A model generated the notes under the pieces. That model saw only the letters and a program-made list of their open reading frames with translations. It made no database searches and was not told the DNA's origin. A program made the position numbers and the translations under genes. A DNA stretch of 64,000 nucleotides from Antedon mediterranea (taxonomy: Eukaryota > Animalia > Echinodermata). Shown in pieces: positions 50,377 through 62,119 of this stretch. The stretch covers positions 22,131,648 to 22,195,647 of the forward strand of contig NC_092673.1 of NCBI RefSeq assembly GCF_964355755.1, written 5' to 3'. How positions within the stretch are numbered: the stretch's first letter is position 1; each line of letters begins with the position of its first letter.

Positions 50377-51922
50377 ACAGTCAACTCTCCCAATATACAG
50401 GACTCTCTAAAAACCGGAAACTTAGTAGGCATGTTAAGGTGCATATTTTAGGCAAATCCTTCAAATTGTGATAACATTTTGAAACTTTGCACAGTTATTC
50501 ATTAGGGTGTCAAAAATATGAAATGGAAGAGTTGCACAAATTTGGGCAGGGGAAAGCCGCCATTTTGGATTTCAAACAGTGAAACAGACACAGATTATCT
50601 AGAACAGTTTGTTGTAACTATGTCTACTGCAGAACATTTAATGATGCAAGACGATATCTTTTTACAACAAGAGAAAAACTATTGAAAATATCCCCCCAAC
50701 ATCTGCGGCATTAAGAGAACATGTGAAACGGAAGCCAGGAAGTGGTACGACTGTCTTGATGCATTCAGGGTTGAACAGGACCCAGTGAACTGGGGATAGA
50801 GGAAGGACGGCAACAAATTTAGTTCAGCTTGGAGTTCATTGCCGGAACTTTCAGATGTCACAAAGGTTTTAATTCGCCGTGGACACACCGACTGTGATCT
50901 TGGATGCTGTAAATGCAGAAAGAGTGATTTACGATGTACAGAGCTGTGTGGTTGCCAGGGAAAATGTGACCTACAATAAGTGTCCGTGTTAAATGCATGT
51001 AATTATGAACATAAACAAATAGTGTAAAGCCAGTACGGGTTGAGCTACATTCAAAATGGCCGCCATGCAATCAAAGACATTATTCTAATATGTTTGTTGA
51101 CCTCAATACTATATTATACTTTGTACCTAAAATTATAACTGTAGGTACCGTACTGAAACATTTTGAGTTCGCCATTTTGAAATTCAAAATGGCCGCCATG
51201 CAATAAAAATGTCAGTTAAATACCAATATGTTTGGTTACCCATTACCATATAATTGGCACCTAAAATCAGAACTCTGTGTACCTTTTTAGCAGAGATACC
51301 TGAAAAGTGAAAATTTGAAGTCCGCCATTTTGAAATCCAAAATGGCCGCCATGTAATCAAAATGTTAGTTGTACCAATATGTTTGGTGACCCCATTAACA
51401 TATAATTTGCACCTAAAATCAGAACTCTAGGTGCCTTTTTAGCAGAGATATACCTGAAAAATGAAAATTTGAAATCCGCCATTTTGGAATCCAAAATGGC
51501 CGCCATGCAATTAAAATGTTATTTATACCAATATGTTTGGTGACCCCATTACCATATAATTTGCACCTAAATTCAGAACTCTAGGTGCCTATTTAGCAGA
51601 GATATACCTGAAAAAGTGAACGATTTGGGTCCGCCATTTTGAAATCCAAAATGGCGGCTTTCCCTGACCAAATTTTGTGCAACCCTTCTATTTCATGTTT
51701 TTGACACCCTAATGAATAACTGTGCAAAGTTTCAAAATGTTATCACAATTTGAAGGATTGGGTCACTTAACAGGCCTACTAACTCTCCAAAATTAGACTT
51801 TTCTTGAGATCCAAAATGTCCCAAATTCAGTTTTACCACTAGAGACACATTCCGAATACCAGACTTTCCATAAAACCAGACATAAAGCCCAAAGGTGTCT
51901 GGTATTGGGAGAGTTAATTGTA
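50377..51922. mobile_element. Small Tc1/mariner-type MITE hosting the Academ element
   Basis: TACAGTCAACTCTCCCAATA at the left and TATTGGGAGAGTTAATTGTA at the right (imperfect TIR, TA flanks). Confidence 0.55.
50423..51781 (+). mobile_element. Academ-like DNA transposon deletion derivative
   Basis: ~150-bp TIRs starting TAGTAGGC; 3-bp TSD ACT; internal remnant PPTSAALREHVKR...DPVNWG...CCKCRKSDLRCTELCGCQGKC (Cys-rich C-terminus); ~120-bp subterminal repeats with CGCCATTTTG...CAAAATGGC palindromes. Confidence 0.8.
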
Positions 51923-51992
51923 TAAAGTGGATTAACGTAATGGTGTAACACTACTCTTGGAAAAGTTAAACTTATTGTAAGCATTGTCTGTC

Positions 51993-53252
51993 TGGAATTG
52001 CGTGACTTCTTTGTACGAATAGTCATATCATTTTATTTTCTATTTCTTAGAAATCTTTTATTTTCACAATACACAGTAAAAGCCCCTTGTACAAATTTCT
52101 TTCAATGTTAGGTACTCAATAAAACAAATTTGTATGGTAGTTTGTAGAACTTCACATACTTTTACAAGTTGTTGTCCTGTTTGAAAGAGCATTGTGTAAG
52201 TTATTTTTATCTACGTATTGAAATAATAATTGAGAATAATCTACTGTATGCCTACCTTACCTTACTTTGGAGTCAATTTACAATTGCAGGAACAAATTAA
52301 ATTTGATAACCAGATAGGAAACTCAAAAAGTTAACTTATCAAAGATAAACTAATTATTTGTAGTTTTCAGTGAATATTTAAATTATCAAGAATTTTTAGG
52401 CCTATTTGCCTATATTTCATTAATATTAGCGTTCCCTCAAACACAATTTCTGAATACGTGTCTGTCACTCTGGTCTAAATCATTCTATTTTGAGCAGACA
52501 ATGAACTATGGCAAGGCTGTTGAAAATGGTTTCCTAGAAGTCCATGGTTGCCTTTTCAAAGTCAAAAGGGTGAATTGTAAAGCATCATGAATGGAGTTAT
52601 TATGCATGACAGAAGACAAAATTAGATTATGATATTATAGAAACTTGTACTATGTACATTATTTTGGAGATACATATTTAAAATTATTTGTATCGTACTA
52701 CTAAGCCAGACAACATATCATAATTCTGTTTAGTTATGGTACATACTGCATGCTAATTAATACAAGAATAATGTTACTGTTTGCGATATTTGGACTGATT
52801 GTTAATCTGGTCAATTCACAAGGTGAGTATTTTACCTTTGTTTACTTCTAGGGACTGCCTAATTACCACAGTAAAGTCGTATATTATTGTGTTGTTTGGT
52901 GGTAATACATAATGGGCAAATAATCATAATCATACAAAAAATGCATCGCGTAATATGACTGCAATGAAAATGTATTTAATTCATTCTTAATTAAACAAGT
53001 AGTGATTACATATGAATAAACACAATTGTTCTACAATCTATCCTTTAAATATTTGTAAATTGAATTATATATATAAATCCAAAGGCATATTACTGAAAAA
53101 ATGACAATGCTGTGGGTATCAGTGGCTGGATCTCAATGGAGATACAAAAAAAAAGCGAAAAGCTAAATCAAAACGATAAAGTAAAACAGCCAGAAAAGTT
53201 AGCAGAGCTTTCGGGCAACACTAGACCTTCAACAACACTAGCCCTGCAAGTG

Positions 53253-53305
<53 letters not shown>

Positions 53306-54575
53306 CCCCTTACTCTCCCCCATGTCTTATAATTAACTTTGAACACTACATTCCTGAGGTTGGTATTCCAAGAAAAGTCAATCAGGATGTGGTACCATTT
53401 ATTTACTCATCCTTCCTGTCTCCTTAATATAAATAATATATGTTTTGTAGTTAAGTTAGTTAGTTCGGGTATTGATCCTTAAGACTATAACATCAGTCAG
53501 AATCACTACATTTTCAGATTGTTTTATAATCTTGCTCTTGATTTAACCAATATTATATTTTGTACATTTAATAATGTTGTACCATCGTTATTGTCGTTAA
53601 ATAATCATAAATATAAATCATAAATGTCAATTCTCATTTCTGTGTAGTGTGACATAGATAAAGTATTAGGCCTATAGCATGCCATTATGTATTCTTTATT
53701 TGAGCATTAGCGAACATTGCTTACATTCCTCACGAAGGACTAACGCATATTATAGGCTAGTGTTTTGTGGCAAAGCTCTGCCTTTTTGTTGTGTTCTGAT
53801 TTAGGTATGTGCTATAAACACACATACCGGAAGATATATCGATCCCATACACATTATATGATATTATATATTTCACCATTAGTTATTAAATTTGAAACGT
53901 CTAAAATTATGTGTATTTAATTGAACATACACATGAGAGGCAGTATTGCCAACATTGCTGCCTCTCATTCCTACTAATATAATTATATCTATTACAGAGC
54001 TCGTTTTCCGAAACTGATTAATAAACATTGCAGACATCATCGTGCCATGGCCTCTAACAAATCCTCATTGCAGACACCACACACACATTACACACTATAT
54101 CTTATAATTTCTTATTAACACATTTGCCTTGTGGTATTTAAATAAATCGGACAGACATAAAGATTCGTAAGTTGTGACGCTAATATACTAACAAACCGTG
54201 CCCATAAATAGACTTTCTGACTTGCTTGAAACTTTTGACAAAGTAGATTGACTATGGTAAAAAATGATTATTGTTCATAATAACTTGAGATGCCCCTTTT
54301 GAAAAGTTAAGCATCCTATAAGAATTGTATGTATGGAATTGCGTGACTTCTTTGTACGATACAGTCATACAATTTTATTTTCTAATTCTATGAAATCTTT
54401 TATTTTCACAATAAACAGTAAAAGGTACAAATTCCTTTCAATGTTTGGTACTCGATAAAACAAATTTGTATGGTAGTTTGTAGAATTTCACATACTTTTA
54501 CAAGTTGTTGTCCTGTTTGAAAAAGCATTGTGTAAGTTACAAGTTATTTTGATGATACTTATTAAAATAGTAATT
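51993..54575 (+). repeat. Dispersed direct repeat of ~240 bp (about 51993-52230 and 54334-54575)
   Basis: Both start TGGAATTGCGTGACTTCTTTGTACGA and are colinear; they flank exon 1 of the plus-strand gene. Confidence 0.8.
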
Positions 54576-57500
54576 GACAAATAAGCTATGATTTAGCTTA
54601 CCCTTGTTACAGCAAATTTAAGATTTTAAATTGTAATAATCATATTTTTAAATCTTTTTATTTAATCTAAGAACATTTCTACTTTAAATATAAATTAATC
54701 AATGCTAGAATTAATGAGAATGTATGGTACTTCATAACAATAAAGTGAGTCATCTGGTTTTAGGAATTTTTATGTCAACATTGTCCAAATGAAATTTAAC
54801 GGTACACATAATTTCAATACACGGAAAAAAGAAAAACTTAAAAACACTGTTAAATCTGAAATATTGTGTCTACTTCGATTAAATCAATTTTAAAAATCAT
54901 ATGCCTATTAATTTTAAACTTCATGTTCGTAAAAAAGGGTACCAAAATACAATTGAATAGCAATAAAAACCATTCAACGACGGCTTTGTTTGAATGTATC
55001 GTTACGATAGCCTATCTAGTAATTTTCGAAAATTATAGTCCAGTCATTTTAGCCTGAAATTTAGCCAAACTTGCAACATCATTTTGTCCACCGCAATGCA
55101 TTTCTCTGAGGTCCACAGAACACCATACTAAAAGCCCCAAATATTCCTAATAGAGGAAAGACGTCTAAATTGTATAAATCCAAAATGGCCGCCAAAACAT
55201 ATTTTGACTTCTATTTTTGGACTTTTAGTATGGTGGAAAAATATTCTGTTGCAATTAGTTCCAAATAAAAAGTTAAAATGACTGGACTATTAGGGGGTGG
55301 CGGATGCAAACAAACACTTGTTTAGGCATAATGATAACAATAACTTACTTAGCTGGTGGTACTATGCTATTTTGTATTTACAGATCCATGGACACCCTGG
55401 TTTAACCGAGACGGGCCAGGATTAACTGGAGATTGGGAAAATATTTGCCAATTGTTTGAAGTATGTATGGTTTATTGTGTGTACATTTATTACTAATAAT
55501 ATACAGTACATATCAGCTTTGTTAATTGATTATAAATTCATATGGCACACATTGGACTTTTACAAATAAAATGTTTCAAAAATGAAAACCTGTATATGCT
55601 TGCTTTCTTGATGACTCTAAGAATCACTGAACTCTTTTTAATATATTTATTGTTGAAACAAAGGTAAAAAATAATATCGTATTTTAAATTGATTCTATAT
55701 TAGGAGAAACCTGATGAAATGTGCTTGTATCCAACAGGCATTGAATGCCAAACTATTGATGATTTGCCTTACACTTCTACTGGAGATGTTGTGACCTGTA
55801 ACACTGTTGATGGTTTTTATTGTAAAAATAAAGATCAAACAGATGAACAATGTGAAAATTACAAAGTTAGATTCAGGTGCCCAACAAGTTAGTAGGTTAT
55901 AATAATTGCAAGGCAGTTCTGTAAAAATGCATCTTTCTTAATTAGTTACAATATTATGTAAAACGTATTTGAGATGTTTTTCATATATTACTAAGAAGAG
56001 TATGACTTTCTGTGCATAATAGTTAAAACATTTTCTTCTGGTTTCGATTAGTATTGAATGAATGAATTGTATAACAGTAAAATGCATACATATACCTGTA
56101 CATAATATGTTTTCCTTATAAGATAAACATCATCCTTACAGCAACTAAATACTCTGGGCATAATGACACCTGTAATTTTGATCTATAGGTTGGTATTTGC
56201 AACAATTTAGAAAATGTAATTTTTAATTATTATAAAAATACCCATTGGTGTCATCAAGTGAAGGCAGATTTTGATTGAAATGTGACGTCACTTCCTTTAA
56301 ATATTGTGAGATTTTTATGTATAATATATTGTATATAGGCCTAATAGGTAACGAGGGTCCTCACTTGGACTGTCCTTCTGATATTACAACTAATACAGCA
56401 GATGGTTCAGATCAAGCAGTCAACGTTAACTGGAGAGATCCAATAGTAAATAACAATTGTGATAAAGATATAACAACAACGTCCAATCACATTCCTGGAA
56501 ATAATCTATTTGATATTGGCAGCACTGATGTTATATATGATGCAGTTGATAGTTCAGGCAATGCAGGAACATGCGACTTTATAATTACAGTTATTGGTAA
56601 GCATAGCCTCTTCTAAATGTTGTTTTGTTAGGATATATTTTTGTAGGGATTAGGGCCTAATTAGCTATATAAACAGGAAATTTAAATAGGCTCTTTAAAT
56701 TGCATTATTATTGTTTTTAGAAATTCAGATGTTATTATATGTTGTCTTAAAAAGAAAGTCTAGCCATATGAAGACTTTTCATTGTCGTCTATATTTTGAC
56801 AAACATTTTACTTTGACGTTATATTCAATATTTAATTCAACATTTATATCGACCAAAATCAAACATCAACATTAGATACAACTTAAATTATCCTGTTATA
56901 CGCCACAAATTCACTTTGATCTCAAGCACACTAAATATTAACGTTTATAAGAAAATATAATAGATGTCTAGGAGAAATAAAATGTTAAAAAATAGCTGAA
57001 CCAACGCCTTTACCTGAAAAGATCGAATTTCCCGAAGTGACACGTTGTCAGTACTTTTTTGTTCTTGGTTTGACTAAGACTTGGCTATCCGGAACTCCCA
57101 AATTACACAGCTAAAAACAAAAAAATAAACATGAAAGACAGGGTCGTTGGGGAGCCCTTTATGCTAATCTAATCTATCTTTTAGAGTAAGAGATGATTTA
57201 TTATAGTTTATAGTTATTGACACCGCCGGAAGGATTTTATATATTATAGAAATTAATTATGGTAAACACACGATTATATGTGGTGTATTGTACAGACCAC
57301 CACAATCACATGTCCCCTCCTTTAACGAGCAACTATATTAAGAGAACTCATGCACAAATGCAATAGTGAAAAAAGAAACGAAGCTACTTTTTGGGCGATT
57401 ATAACATTGGTATTAACTCGTAATCTAATAACAATGTCCAATCCAATGTTGATACATGCTATGAACCTTTTAAAATCCGTTTTACCTTATCATGTATACT

Positions 57501-60500
57501 TCTTATTATTTACAAATGAAAACTAATTTTTTTTTTTGGGAAATAAAACTAATTTAAATAGAATACATATAATTCAAAAGAAGACACTTTGTGTCTTATG
57601 TGTATTTTTCTCTATCAAGGTCTCTCTTTATTGCCTCAAAATCTTGATTTGCATGAAAAGAATATTATAACACTATGTACTAATGACTTTTTAATTTGTA
57701 ATAATTTCATTTACCACTTCTTAAATACTCTTATTTGTTGTTAATTTATTTTTAGAATTAATCAAATACTATATTTCATGTACAAAGTGCTTTATGGAAA
57801 TAGTGAAATAAATATTAGTATTCATTCATTCACTCATAACTCACCTTAATATATAAGTTTACCTGAGTACACATGGTAAGGACTCAAGAAAATAAATCCT
57901 CAATCTGAATCCGGGCTTGATGTGAACGTAACTTAAGTCAATTGAATCTATAACAATTTTTAGATTTATATCCGTAGCTGACAGTGTTTCATGAATCAAA
58001 AGCCTTTGTAAGCAGTTATCGATCTTTGAATCTATTTATGAAACCTTCATCAAGTTATTTTCTATGATTATTTTTATAAGATGAGCAAGATCCAGTATTC
58101 AAATCTTGTCCAGATAGCATTTTAACAGAAACTGATCATAGGTCATCTAATACACGTGTAAGTTGGGAAACTCCTGAAATTGAAGATAACTCAGGCCAAG
58201 TATCATTTGTTGCGTCTACTAGTCCTGGTAGTGTATTTTATATTGGAACCACTTCTGTTGTATACACGGCTAGTGATAACAGCAATAACATAAACAAATG
58301 TGAATTTAATGTTACTGTTGAAGGTAACTTTTTGTTGTATTTGGTACATTAATAATAAAATATTATGATAATGCTTGTATAATTACTGTATACTGCGATA
58401 TTGTACATTTATCTAAGCTCTAAGTATTTAACTTGACCAAACCAGGATGATCTACAATACAACTAACTTCAGCAGGTTAATCTTGGATTGGAACAGTCAA
58501 TAAAGTACAAAATATAAATATATCGCATCACCTACGAACCATCCTTTCCTATAATAGTACAAACTGAAACAAATAGTGAAAGACGTAAATTCGAATAATT
58601 ATAATGAGTTTTAAATTTCTCAAACCTGTACAATTTTGTTTACAAATATATATATATCTAGTGAATATATTTTAGCAGGAAGTGTTTATGGTTATTTTTT
58701 GTAGATAATGAACCACCGATGTTAGAGTGTCCTGGTGACATCATTGATGTTGCAACTACAACATCTGGAATTGCCATTACTTGGCCAGACCCCAGATATA
58801 TTGATAATTCTGGAAAAATTGTCCTTTTAAGTTCAACAAGAAATTCAGGAGATATATTTACTTTTGGTACGCATACAGTAATGTATACTGGATTTGACCA
58901 ATCGACAAACAGTGACACATGCCAATTTGAAATAGAAATAGGAGGCAAGTATGTTTTAGATATGATATTTAGGCCTATTTGTGAAAAGTATCAAACAATT
59001 TAATTTTGCAGGAAATACTACTACTTTCATTTACCTATACAGGTGTACAATGTCATCCCAACCTCCAATAACAGCACCCAGACAACTGGCACAATAACCA
59101 TGTGGAATGAAAATAAAAGATTGATCCCTTTATACTGACAAACCAGTGCAACATTGAGATAGTTGACTAAGAGATGCATTAGGTGTACTGAATAAATTTA
59201 TTTTTTTCCATAACATAACAGATTCATGTACTTCTTCACCTTGTACAAATGGAGGAACGTGTGTACAATTTGAAACAAACTTTGCATGTAACTGTCCTGC
59301 ATTTTATGAAGGCAACTTCTGTCAAATACTACCAGGTATTAACTTACTGTACCTTTTCACTCAACTCAGATCTAGGCCTAATATTGGATTACGACATTAA
59401 TGAAATGTATAAGATATAATACTAATCATTGCTGTACATTAATGGTACATATTATGTGTATCATATTGTATAATTTAGGTGAGCCAACAGCAGAAATTCA
59501 ACCTTTATCACCGAGTGTTAATTTAAAAAATACAGTCAATTTCCAATGTATTATAACGTATTCAATTGATTGGCGTTGGTATAAAGACGACATCGAACTC
59601 TCTTCTGAAACACGAGGTCTGAAGTACCTCACAATTAATGAAGTAGATCTGGAAAACCAAGGCTATTATTACTGCAAAGCATTTGGGGTATCTCCACATG
59701 ATGGGGCAACAGACACATCGATGAGGGCAGTCCTTGTTGTTGCAGGTAAATGTATTATACTAATGTTAAAGAATTTCAAATTAAGCACAATTACACGGGG
59801 AGTGTGTGAACTTAAAAGATATAGACAAAACACCTTAAGGTATATATTATTTAGTATACTTTCATCCAATCGTTATGACCATGATATCACACTTAACAAA
59901 TATTATATGTATTCATTTCTTTGTGATGCATTAATATAAACATCTCCCACAGATATCACAATAACTTGGACTATGTGTATATGAAACATTATACTGATGT
60001 CAAATATGTACTGTATACTGCTACATTAAATATTGCGGTATTTTAATGTGTTTCTATTAAACTATAGATGCATTTGCGGTACCAATAGTAGTAACTTTCC
60101 AGAATTTACAATTTACTTCTGCATTAAACAACCCTTCCTCTGAAGAATTCAAAAACACTTCAACTACAATTGAAAAATTGGTAGGTTTGGCTAAACAATA
60201 ATTTATAAAAGTAGATTTTAACACTAAGTGTCTGTAGTTCGATGTAGTAAGTAATTAAATGTACACTGGATTGGTAACTAGCATCTCCACTGCGGTTCCA
60301 ATAGACCAGCACACCGGGGTAACCAACTACTCATCCGAAATTATATAAAACTGTGAACACTAACCAGCTGGACTCATGGCTACATATGTATTGTTTTGTT
60401 GCCATTGTTGACTAATGTTTTCGTGAAAAAACATTTCAAGAAGAGCTATTATGAATTTATACTAGCTTGTTTGTTGTTACTGGCATGCAATTTTTGTTTA

Positions 60501-62053
60501 CATTTTTTATTTAATCATTGTACATGTATTTTTACTGTGTAGTTTTGACCTGGACACCAATTATTGCCCTTGTTACAAAACAGTATTGTTTGTATGGTGT
60601 CAAAAACAAAATTATTTGTTTTAAATAAAATGATTACAGTTATTTTTTTGTAGAAACAGGCTCTGAAGATGAGTGCAGTTCTTTAACTGAATTATTGTTC
60701 TCGTTTTCAGTTAACTGAGAGTATAAGTATAAGTGATATATTCGTTCAAGTTCCAAGACTACGTTCTGGGAGTGTGATTGCTGATATCAACATATACAAA
60801 CTAAGTGAAGACCAAACTTACAATAATTTCAGCAACAGTTTATCAGAAGAATTTAGCAAGGAAGGAGATGAAGGAATTATAGGTTTTGATAATGTTGTCA
60901 TATTTACCACTGGTAAGAGAAGAGCATGTTTGTGTTAATTATTCGTCGTTTAAAAATATTTTCCATACTGTATTTGACATGTAACTCCTGAATCTCCATC
61001 CCTCCACACTCCTTTTATTTATATCATTGTAATTACTCTGCTTCAATGTTTGAATGAAGTATGGAGAAACAAATAAACAAACATACAAACTCTGTTTGGG
61101 AATATTTTCCATTATTTTTCAATAGATAGATAACATAATATTTATCGGTATAGTGCTGCTATAAACAGATACGTTTTCAGAGAATTTACGAGAACCACTA
61201 TTAATCAATAGGTTTTCTCATGGAGTTAGCAACCTCTTCCTCAAAATCAACCATCTGTAAACATTAATTATGTAATTATTTATCTGTGTTTTTTGTAGAC
61301 TATTTTAATCAATAGGCCTGTACATTGTTTTTATTCATTAGAGAGTTGCAATGTAGAGATCATAGATGGATTGACATTCGGCCCTGCTGCTTCCGGTCAG
61401 AATACACCATCTAAAGAAGTGTGTCCAGAATCTAAAATCAACTGTAAGAAGGGGTTTCATTTTGATTTAGTTTTTCTGTTTTATGCATTGACGCCAACAC
61501 ATTTTGTGATATCGTACTTTGACAGCTTGCGTGGAATTAAAATAATTATCAATCATTATCAACACATCATGTAAGAAAGAGGCAATAGGCCCAGGTTTTT
61601 TCCAGTTCATATTTATATATATATATATTTCACTTCACTTGCACTGATGAAGGGCTAGTGTTGCCTGAAAGCTCTGCTAACTTTTCTGGCTGTTTACTTT
61701 ATCGTTTTGATTTAGCTTTTCGCTTTTTATTTTTGTATCTCCATCCATTTTTTTCCAGTAATTTGCCTTTGGATTTATATGTGCGTACAACTGAGGACTA
61801 GTGCTGTTCCGCCGTACCACGCCGAGAAGTGTTAAAGAGTCGTTATCCAATCGAGTTCGAACAATACCATGAAAGCCCCAGTGGTCTAATGGTTAGGACA
61901 TCTGCATATCAAGCAGGCGGTCCGAGTTCGAGTCTCGGTTGGGGCGACTTTTTCTCATTCTCACAGATTTCCTCATCTTTATCGTTTCAAATTAATTAAT
62001 TAAATTTCAGTATATCACCGGGCGGTTTAGAATTAATGTTCATTGCCTGATGT

Positions 62054-62119
<66 letters not shown>

